NCBI GenBank assembly: GCA_963722795.1
Contig: CAVROD010000001.1
Span: 642,976-706,975, forward strand
Length of the DNA stretch: 64,000 nucleotides
Direction: 5' to 3'
Origin: an uncultured Actinomycetes bacterium
GTDB lineage: Bacteria > Actinomycetota > UBA4738 > HRBIN12
The notes under the pieces were generated by a model. The model ran no database searches. It saw only the letters and a program-made list of their open reading frames with translations, and had not been told where the DNA came from. The translations under genes and the position numbers were made by a program. Positions 40,188 to 50,524 of this stretch are shown piece after piece. Position 1 is the first letter of the stretch; every line of letters starts with the position of its first letter.

Positions 40188-42559
40188 GGCACCGAGCCTA
40201 CCCCCTAGCCATAAGATGCCCGGGTGGAACGCACGCCGGCCCGCGAGGCGACCCTCGGACGAGATCTGGGCGGCTGGATCGAAGCTCGTCCTGCTCGGGC
40301 GGGCGCTCGCCTCGCACAAGGCGGAGCATCAGCTGCTGCCGAAGCTGCTCGCGTTGCCCGTCTTCGCCTCCGATCAGCTCTCGTCCGTCGCCTACGCCAC
40401 CGAGGAGATGCTGCTCGTCCTCGTCCTGGTGGGCTCCTCGGGCATGCCGCTGCTCACGCCGCTGTCGATCGGCGTCGCCGCGCTCCTCGTGGTGGTGATC
40501 GCCTCGTATCGCCAGACCGTTCGGGAGTATCCGCAGGGAGGCGGCTCCTACATCGTCGCTCGCGAGAACCTCGGGCTGATCCCCGGGCTCACGGCCGCAG
40601 GCGCGATCCAGATCTCCTACGTGCTCACCGTCGCGGTCAGCGTGACGGCGGGGTCGATCGCGGTCACGTCGGCGGCGACGGGCCTCGCGCCGTACAAGCT
40701 GCCGATGGCGATCGCGTTCATCGTGCTGATCACGCTGGCGAACCTGCGGGGCGCGAAGGAGGCGGGCCGGCTCTTCGCGATCCCGACCTACGGCTTCGTC
40801 GTGGTCGTCGGCGTCACCCTCGCCTGGGGCGCGTGGCGATGCGTGAGCGGGGGCTGCCCGCAGGCCGACACCGCCGATCTGCCGCTCGAAGCGGTTTCGG
40901 GGCTCACGGTGCTGTTCGTCCTCCGGGCGTTCTCCTCGGGCGCGACTGCGCTCACCGGCGTCGAGGCGATCGCCGACGGCGTGCAGGCGTTCCGCCGGCC
41001 CCAATCGAAGAACGCCGCATCGACCCTGCTGCTGATGGGCTCGATGAGCATCCCGATGTTCCTCGGGATCTCGGCCATGGCGTCGGCTCTCGGCGTGCGC
41101 ACGAACGAGCACATCGCAGCCTCGAGGTCGGTGCTCTCGCAGATCGGCGAGACCGTCTTCGGCGACGGACCGATGTTCATCGTGCTGCAGGTCTTCACGG
41201 CTCGATCCTGATCCTCGCCGCGAACACCGCCTACCAGGACTTCCCGCGGCTCGCGTCGATCCTCGCGCGCGACGGGTTCATGCCGTCGCAGTTCCGCAAC
41301 CGCGGAGACCGTCTCGTGTTCTCCAACGGCATCGCCGTGCTCTCGGCGCTCGCCGCTGTGCTCGTATGGCTCTTCGATGCCGACCTGTCCCGGCTGATCC
41401 AGCTCTACGTCGTCGGCGTGTTCGTCGCCCTCACCCTGTCGCAGGCCGGCATGGTGCGACGCTGGTGGAGGGTGCGTACCCAGGGCTGGCGGTGGAAGGC
41501 GGCGATCAACGTGGTCGGCGCCACCACCACCGGCTTGGTGTTCGGGATCGTGGTGGCGACGCGGTTCGCCCTCGGCGCCTGGATGGTGATCGCGGCGCTG
41601 CCCATCGTGATCGGACAGTTCCTCCTCGTGGCCCGCCATTACCGGGCGGTCGGCACGTTCGCTCGACATCGCGATGCCCGCCGACGCCGTCGCCGAGAAC
41701 GAGGTGCTGTTCCTCGTGCCCGACCTCAGCCCGGCGACGCGTGACGCCATCGCGTACCTGCGAGCGATCAGGCCCGAACGCGTCACCGCCCTGCACATAG
41801 GGCCGGCGGCATCGTTCGACCTCGCGGCCGCCGAGTGGGCGCTGGCGGCCCCGCGCCTCGGCGAACTCCAACGCCTGGCCGGCGCCGACGAGCACCTCGT
41901 TCGATCGCTGCGATCGCTCCTCCACGGCCGAACACGCGCCGGCGACGGGTTCATCACCGTGATCGTGCCCGAGAACGCCGCCGATCGATCCCTGATGCGG
42001 CAGGTGATCCACAACCGGCGGTCTGTTCCTCCTGAAGACCTCGATGCTGTTCGAGCGCGGCGTCGTCGTGACCGACGTGCCGCTGCTCCCGCAGGAGCCG
42101 GTGAGCACCGGGCGACCGCACGAGCCGGAGCGCAGCTTCGTGATCGTGCCGGTGTCGAACGCGAGCTACGCCACCGCGCGGGCGGTCGCGTACGCTCGAT
42201 CGCTGCACGCCGTGAAGGTCGAGGCGCTGTTCCTCGTGACCGACAATGCCGATATCGAGCCGGTCGCCTCGGCGTGGGTCGAGCGAGGCTTCGAGGTGCC
42301 GCTCGTGATGGTGGAGGCGCCGTTCCGAGAGCTGGGCGTCCCGCTGCTCGAGGAGATCCGCACGCACACCTCGCGCGGCGACACGATCGTGACGGTCGTC
42401 CTGCCTGAGATCGTGCCGCGCCGATGGTGGCAGTCACTGCTCCACGGTCAGACCGCCCTGTACTTCAAACGCCTGCTGCTGTTCGAGCCGCACGTGGTCG
42501 TCACGAGCGTGCCGCTGCATCTGCAGGAGCCTGAAACTCCCGCTCCCGCTACGCGCTGA
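40186..42559 (+). CDS. APC-superfamily permease, paralog c (3 frameshifts in this assembly)
   Basis: Core motifs LPVFASDQLSSVAYATEE, SYRQTVREYPQGGGSYIV, AFSSGATALTGVEAIADG and ILILAANTAYQDFPRLASILARD. The two-repeat tail ends at VVVTSVPLHL. The shifts are near 41205, 41660 and 42020. An alternative start is ATG 40216 (MPGW). Confidence 0.75.
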
Positions 42560-42914
42560 ACTCCAGACGGGGGTTGATCATCTTCGGGGGGCCCCCGCCT
42601 CGCGACTCGCCGAGCACGCCCTCGACGACCACCTTCGTGCCGAGCGAGAAGCCGCCGATGCCGCGGCGGCCCATGAACACCACGACGGCCTCACCGGTGC
42701 CATCGCTCACGAGCGCCTCGAGCGACTCGTGACCGCTCATCGGCAGCACGGTGATGCGCCTGATCACCCCCGCGATCTTGATGGTCGAGCGCAGGGGTGC
42801 ATCGCCGAGGGGCACGGCGTCGGCGATCGAGCGGGCCCAGTCCTGGGTCTCGGCCGCGAGGCGCGTCTCGTCGCTCTCGGTCAGCCGGTCGAGCCAGCGA
42901 CGGAGCCCGCTCAT
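42549..42914 (-). CDS. OB-fold domain protein (Rv2694c-like)
   Basis: 121 aa with the core IKIAGVIRRITVLP ... LEALVSDGTGEAVVVFMGRRGIGGFSLGTKVVVEGV, typical of the small OB-fold proteins found next to actinobacterial trkA genes. This assignment is from memory. Confidence 0.6.
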   Translation of the reverse strand: MSGLRRWLDRLTESDETRLAAETQDWARSIADAVPLGDAPLRSTIKIAGVIRRITVLPMSGHESLEALVSDGTGEAVVVFMGRRGIGGFSLGTKVVVEGVLGESRGGGPPKMINPRLEFSA

Positions 42915-42942
42915 GTCGTCTGCCGCCTCCCGGGGCTCGGCC

Positions 42943-45237
42943 TCAGACGGCCGTGGCGGCCTTGTCGGCGAACTCCGCCTCGGCGTCGAGCTCGGACTTG
43001 CGCGACTTCGACACGTAGATCGAGGAGCCGAGCACCACCGCCGCCACCAAGCCCACCGCGATGCGGATCGCCGTCTCGTCGGCGTACTCGACCACGAGCG
43101 GCGCGATCAGCAGGGCCACGAGGTTCATGACCTTGATGAGCGGGTTCAACGCCGGGCCGGCGGTGTCCTTGAACGGGTCGCCGACGGTGTCGCCGATGAC
43201 CGCCGCCTTGTGCGCGTCGGAGCCCTTGCCGCCGTAGTGGCCCTCCTCGATGAACTTCTTCGCGTTGTCCCACGCGCCGCCCGAGTTCGAGAGCATCACG
43301 GCCATGAGCTGGCCGGTGACGATCGCACCGGCGAGGAAGCCGCCGAGCGCTTCTTCCTTCAACAGGAAGCCCGCGATGACCGGCGAGAGCACCGCCAGCA
43401 AGCCCGGCGTGAGCAGCTCGCGCAGCGACGTCTTCGTGCAGATGTCGACGACGCGCGCGTAGTCGGGCTTCTCGGTGTAGTCCATGATGCCGGGGTGCTC
43501 GCGGAACTGCTTGCGCACCTCCACCACGACCTGCGCGGCCGCGCGGCCGACGGCGCGGATCGCGAGGGAGCTGAACAGGAACGCGATGGTGCCGCCGGCG
43601 AGCAGGCCGACGAGCACGTCTGGCTGGTCGATGCGGATGCCCTCGAAGGTGAAGCCGGCGTCCTTCAGGGCTTCCTCGAAGGAGCCGAACAGCGACGTCG
43701 CGGCGATGACCGCCGTCGCGATCGCGAGGCCCTTGGTGATGGCCTTCGTCGAGTTGCCGACGGCGTCGAGCCCGCCGAGGATCTCGGCCGGGCGGCCCTC
43801 GAACTCACCCGACATCTCCGCGATGCCCTGGGCGTTGTCGCTGATCGGGCCGTAGGTGTCCATCGAGACGACCACGCCCACCGTGGTGAGCATGCCCATG
43901 CCCGACAGGGCGATGAAGTAGAGGCGCTCCGCGAACAGGTTCGAGGAATCGGGGTCGGCGAGCAGGAACGCCGCCATGATCGTGCCGGCCACGACGAGCG
44001 CGGCCCACACGGCTGACTCGAGGCCGACCGAGAAGCCGGAGAGCACCGTCGTGGCGGGGCCGGTGACGGTGGAGTCGGCGACCTCCTTCACCGGCTTGTA
44101 CTTCGTGTCGGTGAAGTACTGCGTGAGGATCTGGATCACCGAGGCGAGCACGAGGCCGATCGCCACGGCGATGCCCGGCCGCCAGCTCTCCATGTAGGTG
44201 ACCGAGATGATCATCACGAGCACGGCGGAGATCACCGCCGACAGGAAGAAGCCGCGGTTGATCGCCTTCATGCCGTGCTCCTCCTCGGAGCGCGGCGTCA
44301 CGGCCATGATGCCGATGATCGACGTGATGACGCCGACCGCGCGCACGAACAGCGGGAACATCACGCCGGCGATCGCGCCGATCTCGCTGTCGGCGAACGC
44401 GGCCGCACCGAGGATCAACGCAGCGACCAGGGTGACCTCGTAGCTCTCGAACAGATCGGCCGCCATGCCGGCGCAGTCGCCCACGTTGTCGCCCACGTTG
44501 TCGGCGATCGTGGCCGCGTTGCGCGGGTCGTCCTCGGGGATGCCCTGCTCGACCTTGCCCACGAGGTCGGCGCCCACGTCGGCCGCCTTCGTGAAGATGC
44601 CGCCGCCGACCCGCATGAACATCGCGAGCAGCGCGCCCCCGAAGCCGAAGCCCACGAGCACGGCCGTGGCATCGCCCTTGAAGATCATCAAGATCAGGGT
44701 CGCGCCGAACAGTCCGAGGCCGACGGTGAACATGCCTGCCACGCCGCCCGCACGGAAGGCGATGGTGAGCGCCTTGCGCAGGCCCGACTCCTTGGCCGCG
44801 TTGGCGGTGCGCACGTTGGCGCGCACGGCGAGCCACATGCCCGCGTACCCGGTGAGCATCGAGGCGCCGGCCCCCAGCAGGAACGCGATCGAGCGCCCGA
44901 CCCTGATGGACAGTTCCGGCGAGAGGCCGAGCAGCGTCGTCGTGACGGCGTCGGAGACCGGCAGCGCGAAGAACAGCACGACGGTCAGGATGCCGAGGAA
45001 GATGCCGAGCGTGCTGAACTGCCGGCTCAGGTAGGCCTTCGCGCCTTCCTGGATGGCCGTCGCGATCTCCTTCATCTTGGGGCTGCCTTCGGGTTCGGCC
45101 AGCACCTGGGCGCGCAGGTACCAGGCGAACGCCAGCGCCACGAGTGAGATCGCCAGCACGATCCACAGCCACGTGTTCTCGAACGACCCGAAGGTGACCT
45201 CGAGCGGGCCGCCTTCCTGGGCAAGGACGCGGAACAT
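42943..45237 (-). CDS. hppA: membrane-bound H+-translocating pyrophosphatase
   Basis: ATG 45237 (MFRVLAQEGG) lies within ORF 42943..45465. Signature motifs are GGIFTKAADVGADLVGKVE, DNVGDNVGDCAGMAADLFESY and GDTVGDPFKDTAGPALNPLIKV. There are about 16 TM helices. Confidence 0.9.
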   Translation of the reverse strand: MFRVLAQEGGPLEVTFGSFENTWLWIVLAISLVALAFAWYLRAQVLAEPEGSPKMKEIATAIQEGAKAYLSRQFSTLGIFLGILTVVLFFALPVSDAVTTTLLGLSPELSIRVGRSIAFLLGAGASMLTGYAGMWLAVRANVRTANAAKESGLRKALTIAFRAGGVAGMFTVGLGLFGATLILMIFKGDATAVLVGFGFGGALLAMFMRVGGGIFTKAADVGADLVGKVEQGIPEDDPRNAATIADNVGDNVGDCAGMAADLFESYEVTLVAALILGAAAFADSEIGAIAGVMFPLFVRAVGVITSIIGIMAVTPRSEEEHGMKAINRGFFLSAVISAVLVMIISVTYMESWRPGIAVAIGLVLASVIQILTQYFTDTKYKPVKEVADSTVTGPATTVLSGFSVGLESAVWAALVVAGTIMAAFLLADPDSSNLFAERLYFIALSGMGMLTTVGVVVSMDTYGPISDNAQGIAEMSGEFEGRPAEILGGLDAVGNSTKAITKGLAIATAVIAATSLFGSFEEALKDAGFTFEGIRIDQPDVLVGLLAGGTIAFLFSSLAIRAVGRAAAQVVVEVRKQFREHPGIMDYTEKPDYARVVDICTKTSLRELLTPGLLAVLSPVIAGFLLKEEALGGFLAGAIVTGQLMAVMLSNSGGAWDNAKKFIEEGHYGGKGSDAHKAAVIGDTVGDPFKDTAGPALNPLIKVMNLVALLIAPLVVEYADETAIRIAVGLVAAVVLGSSIYVSKSRKSELDAEAEFADKAATAV

Positions 45238-45305
45238 GCAACCTCCTGAAGTCGGGTGGAGTCCTCTCAACGTGCCCGAGGGGGCCGGGCGACCGGTGCA
45301 GTATA

Positions 45306-45317
45306 GGGAACGTTCCC
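45306..45317. promoter_or_regulatory. perfect 12-bp palindrome GGGAACGTTCCC between divergent hppA and NUDIX genes
   Basis: Read directly at 45306-45317, preceded by TATA. It is the only such palindrome I saw in this 126-bp gap. Confidence 0.3.
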
Positions 45318-45363
45318 CTCGCTGACCTGCAGCGATGCGGGCCGACGACGGTCGTGTGCGAGC

Positions 45364-45867
45364 ATGCCCCGCATGGGATTCGAAGGCACCACGCTGTGGC
45401 GCGTTCGCCAGAAGGTCGGCACCGACCTCGTGCTGTGGCCGGGCGCCAGCGTGATGGTCGTGCACGACGACGGGCGGGTGCTGCTGGCCCGCCGCCTCGA
45501 CAACGGCATGTGGGCGATCCCGGGCGGTGGCGCGGAGGAAGGGTCGAGCTTCGCCGAGACGGCCGTCACCGAGCTGCGCGAGGAGGTCGGGCTCGAGGCC
45601 GACCCCGCCGACCTCGAGGCTTACGCCTGCATCTCACGGGCCGGCAACCACCTCGAGACCTACCCCAACGGCGACGTGACCCACTACTTCGGGCTGTGGT
45701 TCGTGCTGCGCCGCTGGCGCGGCGAGCCCATCGGCGACGGGGAGGAGATGGGCGAGATCACCTGGGCCGACATCGAGGACCCGCCCCAGCCGCTGCATCG
45801 CTCGACCCGCGTGGGGTTCGACCTCTATCGGGCGTGGCTCGAGACGGGTCGCTTCCAGGCTCACTGA
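45364..45867 (+). CDS. NUDIX hydrolase
   Basis: Nudix box GGGAEEGSSFAETAVTELREEVGL. Confidence 0.85.
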   Translation: MPRMGFEGTTLWRVRQKVGTDLVLWPGASVMVVHDDGRVLLARRLDNGMWAIPGGGAEEGSSFAETAVTELREEVGLEADPADLEAYACISRAGNHLETYPNGDVTHYFGLWFVLRRWRGEPIGDGEEMGEITWADIEDPPQPLHRSTRVGFDLYRAWLETGRFQAH

Positions 45868-47288
45868 TCGTCATTCGGCTGCGGCTCGGTCGGACCCTTG
45901 GCGACCGCCCCCGGCGACGGGGCCACACGCAGGATCACGTAGCCGAGCACGCCCGCCACCAGCGAGGCGGCGAGGATGGCCGTCTTCGCCTGGTCGAGCA
46001 TCGGCCCCGGTGGGAACGCGAGCTCGGCGATGAAGAGCGCCACCGTGAATCCGATGCCCGCGGTCATGCCCATGCCGGTGAGGTCTCCCCACCCCACGTC
46101 GTCGGCGAGGCTGCCGAGGCCCGAGCGCACCGCGAGGAACGACCCGACGAGCACGCCGAGCGGCTTGCCGAGCACGAGCCCGAAGAAGACGCCCAGGGAG
46201 ACCGGCGCCGTGAGCGCGTCGCCGAGACGGGTGAGGGACAGCTCCACGCCGGCGTTGGCGATGGCGAAGATCGGCAGGATCACGAAGCTCGTCCACGGCA
46301 GCAACGCGTGCTCGGTGCGCGCGAGCGGCGAGACGGCCTCGCGCGAGAGCCAGGCGAGCCGCATCCACCATCGAGCGTCGTCGTCGGCATATCTCGGCTC
46401 GTCGCTCGTCTCGTCGGCGGTACGGCGAGCCTCCTCGCTCACCGCCGCCGGACGCTGGAACGGGATCGCCGGTGTCAGCAACCCGAGCACCACCCCCGCG
46501 ATCGTGGGATGGATACCCGCCTCGTACGTCGCGTACCACAGCGCGGCCCCGAGCACCACGTACACGAGGATGAAGCGGATGTGCACGGCGTTGGCGACCG
46601 CGATCGCACCGACGATGGCGAACGCCACCATCAGGGCGGTGGCCTCCACGCCGCCGGTGTAGAAGATCGCGATCACGATGATCGCCCCGATGTCGTCGAC
46701 GATCGCGAGCGTGAGCAGCAGGGGCTTCAGCCTCGGCGACGCGTACGACGCGGCCAGCGCCAGCACCCCCAGCGCGAACGCGATGTCGGTGGCCATCGGG
46801 ATACCCCACCCGCGCCCGGCCTCACCGCCGCCCGCGATCGCCAGATAGATCAGCGCCGGCGCCACCATGCCGCCGACCGCCGCCAGGATCGGAAGGGTCG
46901 CCACCCTGAGCTTCTGCAGTTCCCCCGAGACGACCTCGCGCTTGATCTCGAGGCCCACCACGAGGAAGAAGAGCGCCATGAGTCCGTCGTTCACCCAGAA
47001 GTGCAGGTCCTTCTGCAGGTCGACGAGCGAGCCGAGCCGCACGGTGAACTCGGTCGCGAAGAGGGACTCGTAGCCGGCCTTCCAGGGAGAATTGGCCCAG
47101 ACGAGTGCGAGGACCACCGCCACGAACAACAACGACGCGCTGGCCGTCGAGGTCTGCAAGAACTCCTGCAGGGGCTGTACGACCCGCCGCGGGACCAACC
47201 GCTGCGACCGCGACCAGGGGGGCTTCACCTCGTCGAAGCCGTCGTGACGGGAACCCGGGGGCGGTGTGTGATCGACCGGATCGGACAT
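45861..47288 (-). CDS. nhaA: Na+/H+ antiporter NhaA
   Basis: NhaA signatures are WVNDGLMALFFLVVGLEIKRE and the ATDIAFALGVLA motif. There are about 12 TM helices. Confidence 0.9.
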   Translation of the reverse strand: MSDPVDHTPPPGSRHDGFDEVKPPWSRSQRLVPRRVVQPLQEFLQTSTASASLLFVAVVLALVWANSPWKAGYESLFATEFTVRLGSLVDLQKDLHFWVNDGLMALFFLVVGLEIKREVVSGELQKLRVATLPILAAVGGMVAPALIYLAIAGGGEAGRGWGIPMATDIAFALGVLALAASYASPRLKPLLLTLAIVDDIGAIIVIAIFYTGGVEATALMVAFAIVGAIAVANAVHIRFILVYVVLGAALWYATYEAGIHPTIAGVVLGLLTPAIPFQRPAAVSEEARRTADETSDEPRYADDDARWWMRLAWLSREAVSPLARTEHALLPWTSFVILPIFAIANAGVELSLTRLGDALTAPVSLGVFFGLVLGKPLGVLVGSFLAVRSGLGSLADDVGWGDLTGMGMTAGIGFTVALFIAELAFPPGPMLDQAKTAILAASLVAGVLGYVILRVAPSPGAVAKGPTEPQPNDDQ

Positions 47289-47415
47289 GGCTGGGCCTTC
47301 CTGCCGACCAGTCTTCCCGGCACGCCTGTCGTGTCGTGGCCCATCGTACCCGTCACGGAACCGTCACGCCGATATCGTTGGCGCGGTCCGCACCCGCCGG
47401 TAGGCTCCGCACGAT

Positions 47416-48138
47416 TTGGCAGACGGCAGGCACGCAGCCACCCCTTCCCGGAAGAAGCCACTCCTCATCGTGGGCGCCCTCGTGGTCGTCGCGCTCGTGG
47501 GAGTGGTGATCGCCTCGCTATCCGGCGGCGACGGGCCGCTCGGCGTCATCGTCGGCGACGATGTGCCCGAGACGCCCGAGTTCGCCTTCGAGGTCAGCAA
47601 GCCGAAGGCGGTGGAGACCTCGACCAAGCCCGACCACCAACAGGCCGCGGCGGCCGCCCAAGCCCCGGCCGAGGCCGTGACCCAACGCATCGACGACCTG
47701 TACACCGCGGCGTTCCTCGACCCGGGCAACTGGATGGATGGCAGCTACGACGACGTGCTCGACTTCTTCGCCGATGGGGCGAGCGACGCCGCCGAGGAGC
47801 AGCTCGACGTGCTCACCGCCGGTCCCGATGCGCCCGACTCGTTCGACACGATCAAGCCCATGCCGAGCACGCTCAAGGTGCACGTGCTGCTCGACCCCGA
47901 GGGTGTGCCCCGCGCCGTCGAGGGCAGCGCGCGGTTCGTGGCGCGTGGCACCGGCGCCGCCATCGACGTGATGCTCGTGAGCAAGGGGCAATTCGTCTTC
48001 GAGAAGTCCGACGGCGAGTGGGTGGTGGTGTCGTTCTCGGTGCAGCGCAACGATGAGGAGTCAGAATCGAAGCCCGGGTCCTCGTCGTCGCCCGGCGCGA
48101 GCGGCAGCGCCGAACCCTCGGAGGCCGAGGCCTCGTGA
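47416..48138 (+). CDS. membrane-anchored hypothetical protein
   Basis: TTG start. It has one N-terminal TM helix (LLIVGALVVVALVGVVIASL) and an extracytoplasmic domain without a recognisable motif. Its stop overlaps the GTG of the LCP gene (GTGA). Confidence 0.55.
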   Translation: MADGRHAATPSRKKPLLIVGALVVVALVGVVIASLSGGDGPLGVIVGDDVPETPEFAFEVSKPKAVETSTKPDHQQAAAAAQAPAEAVTQRIDDLYTAAFLDPGNWMDGSYDDVLDFFADGASDAAEEQLDVLTAGPDAPDSFDTIKPMPSTLKVHVLLDPEGVPRAVEGSARFVARGTGAAIDVMLVSKGQFVFEKSDGEWVVVSFSVQRNDEESESKPGSSSSPGASGSAEPSEAEAS

Positions 48139-49082
48139 GGAAGCGCGCGGCGTTCCTGGTGGTGGCCCTGCTGGCCTGGGTGCTCGGCTCGAGCCTCGGC
48201 GCGCTGAGCGGCTCCGAGGGCGTGCGAGCGCAGTCCTCCGGCGTCGTGGTCGGCAAGGCGCACGCCGGGTACACGCCGTCGCTCACGGGCTCGAAGCCGG
48301 TCGTCATCCTCGCGATCGGATCGGGGGCGCGCGAGGGCGAGGACGTGATGCGCTCGCTCGGCGATTCGCTGCACCTGATCTTCCTGAACCCCGCGAAGAA
48401 GCGAGCGGTCCTCGTGGGGGTGCCGCGCGATTCGTACATGCCGATCCCCGGGCGCGGCAGCGGCAAGATCAACTCCTCGATGGTCTACGGTGGCCCCGAC
48501 CTGATGGTGCAGACGATGGAGCAGAACTTCGGCGTCACGATCGACTACTGGGCGCTCACCACGTTCTGGGGCTTCACCGACATGATCAACGACGTGGGTG
48601 GGCTCACCGTCGACGTGCCGTTCCCGATGGTCGACTCGTACTCGCGCAGCGACTTCTCTCCCGGCGTGCAGAAGCTCACCGGCCCCGAGGCGCTCGCGTT
48701 CTCGCGCGACCGCCACAGCCTGGAGCAGGGCGACTTCGGCCGCCAGGAGAACGGCGGCCGGCTGATGCTCGCCGCGCTCACGCAGTTCCAGAAGCAGTTC
48801 CGTGCCGATCAAGCGCGCCTCTTCACGTGGCTCGGGGCCGGCATGCGCAACATCGAGACCGAGATGCCGCTGTCGGAGATCATGGCGCTCGCCTACACCT
48901 CCTCGAAGGTGCCCGCGAAGAAGGTGCAGAACGTCGTGCTGCCCGGCGGCACGGGCATGGTCGGCGGCATGTCGGTCGTCACGCTCGACATGGCGCGGGC
49001 ACGCACGATCGTGGCCGACGCGGAGAAGGACGGCACGCTCGTGAAGCAGAACGTGCCGCCGAGCCCCACCGGCGGCGAGTAG
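48135..49082 (+). CDS. LytR-CpsA-Psr (LCP) family protein
   Basis: It has a signal/anchor sequence. The LCP core shows SLHLIFLNPAKKRAVLVGVPRDSYMPIPG, KINSSMVYGGP and IDYWALTTFWGFTDMINDVGGLTVDVP. Confidence 0.85.
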   Translation: MRKRAAFLVVALLAWVLGSSLGALSGSEGVRAQSSGVVVGKAHAGYTPSLTGSKPVVILAIGSGAREGEDVMRSLGDSLHLIFLNPAKKRAVLVGVPRDSYMPIPGRGSGKINSSMVYGGPDLMVQTMEQNFGVTIDYWALTTFWGFTDMINDVGGLTVDVPFPMVDSYSRSDFSPGVQKLTGPEALAFSRDRHSLEQGDFGRQENGGRLMLAALTQFQKQFRADQARLFTWLGAGMRNIETEMPLSEIMALAYTSSKVPAKKVQNVVLPGGTGMVGGMSVVTLDMARARTIVADAEKDGTLVKQNVPPSPTGGE

Positions 49083-49108
49083 TCCCGCTCCGGTAGGCTG
49101 CGGCTCGC

Positions 49109-50479
49109 ATGAGTACCCCTCACGACGACGCCGGGGTGCACCCCACGCGCGCCAAGATCGAGATGGCCGCTGCGGCGGCCCTCACGGTGCCCGGCTTCGT
49201 GGTGCGGTTCACGCATCCCGACATCTCCCACCCACTGGAGGCGTTCCTCTTCGGCCTCGCCATCGTGGGCGCCGCCTTCATGCTCTCGTGGGCGGCCGAG
49301 GCCGCGCAGCTCGACATCTCGGCGGGCCTCGCGATCGCGATCCTCGCCCTGATCGCCGTGCTGCCGGAGTACGCCGTCGACTTCGTGTTCGCGAAGAAGG
49401 GCGGCGAGTCGTTCGCCCAGACGGGCGCGGCGTGCTTGCCGCTCGACGGCGGCACGGAGTCGCCGTGCCACCTGGCGCTCGCCAACATGACCGGTGCGAA
49501 CCGCCTGCTGATCGGCGTGGGATGGACGATGGTGATCTTCATCGCCTACTTCCGCCTCAAGAAGCGCGACCGCCTCGTGAAGACGCCGAACGGCCGCTGG
49601 GAGGGCGTGCGCCTCGACCGCGAGCACTCCATCGAGATCGGGTACCTCGCCATCGCCACGATCTACTCGCTCACGCTGCCGCTGAAGCACTCCGTGACCT
49701 TGATCGACGCCGCGATCCTGATCGGGATCTTCATCGCCTACTCGATCCGGGTCTCGAGGGCGCCGGCCGAGGAACCGCACCTCGTCGGCCCCGCGAGCTA
49801 CATCGGCACGTTCGGCACCGTGCCCCGCCGCATCACGGTCGGGGCCATCTCGGTCTTCGCCGCTGCGGTGATCCTGCTGTTCGCCGAGCGATTCGCCGAG
49901 GCGCTCGTGCTCTCGGGCGAGACGCTCGGGGTGAGCGAGTTCCTGCTCGTGCAATGGGTGGCGCCACTCGCCTCGGAGGCACCGGAGCTGCTGATCGCGG
50001 GTCTGTACGCCTGGCGATTGAACACGAGCGCGGGGCTCGGCACGCTCGTCTCGTCGAAGGTGAACCAATGGACGCTGCTCGTCGGCACGCTGCCGATCGT
50101 CTTCTCGTTCGCCGCGGGCGGGCTGCACGGGCTGCCGCTCGACACCGTGCAGCGGGAGGAGCTCTTCCTCACGGCCGCGCAGTCCTTCTTCGCCGTCGCG
50201 GTGATCTCGAGCCTCACGATGTCGTTGCGCGAGGCGCTCTTCCTCTTCGCCTTGTTCTGGGGGCAGTTCATCCTCGGCGGCATCGTGCCCGAGCAGTACC
50301 ACGGCATCGAACGGGTCGCCGTGGGCATCGTCTACCTCGTGTTGGGCGTCTGGGTGCTCGCGAGCGACCGGTTCAACTTCCGGCAGCTGGCGCGGGACGC
50401 GTTCCGCGCGCCCTACGACGAGCTGGCGCGCGAGCGCGAGGCCGACGCGGCGGCCGCCGCCGCCCGCCGGCAGGTCTGA
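49109..50479 (+). CDS. CaCA-superfamily cation exchanger (sodium/calcium exchanger membrane region)
   Basis: It is a multi-TM protein with two alpha-repeat-like segments (LAIAILALIAVLPEYAV and VQWVAPLASEAPELLIAGLYA). Confidence 0.7.
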   Translation: MSTPHDDAGVHPTRAKIEMAAAAALTVPGFVVRFTHPDISHPLEAFLFGLAIVGAAFMLSWAAEAAQLDISAGLAIAILALIAVLPEYAVDFVFAKKGGESFAQTGAACLPLDGGTESPCHLALANMTGANRLLIGVGWTMVIFIAYFRLKKRDRLVKTPNGRWEGVRLDREHSIEIGYLAIATIYSLTLPLKHSVTLIDAAILIGIFIAYSIRVSRAPAEEPHLVGPASYIGTFGTVPRRITVGAISVFAAAVILLFAERFAEALVLSGETLGVSEFLLVQWVAPLASEAPELLIAGLYAWRLNTSAGLGTLVSSKVNQWTLLVGTLPIVFSFAAGGLHGLPLDTVQREELFLTAAQSFFAVAVISSLTMSLREALFLFALFWGQFILGGIVPEQYHGIERVAVGIVYLVLGVWVLASDRFNFRQLARDAFRAPYDELAREREADAAAAAARRQV

Positions 50480-50524
50480 CCCACGACCCCGGAGCTCGCC
50501 CCGTCGCCGGGTAGCGTTGCCACC

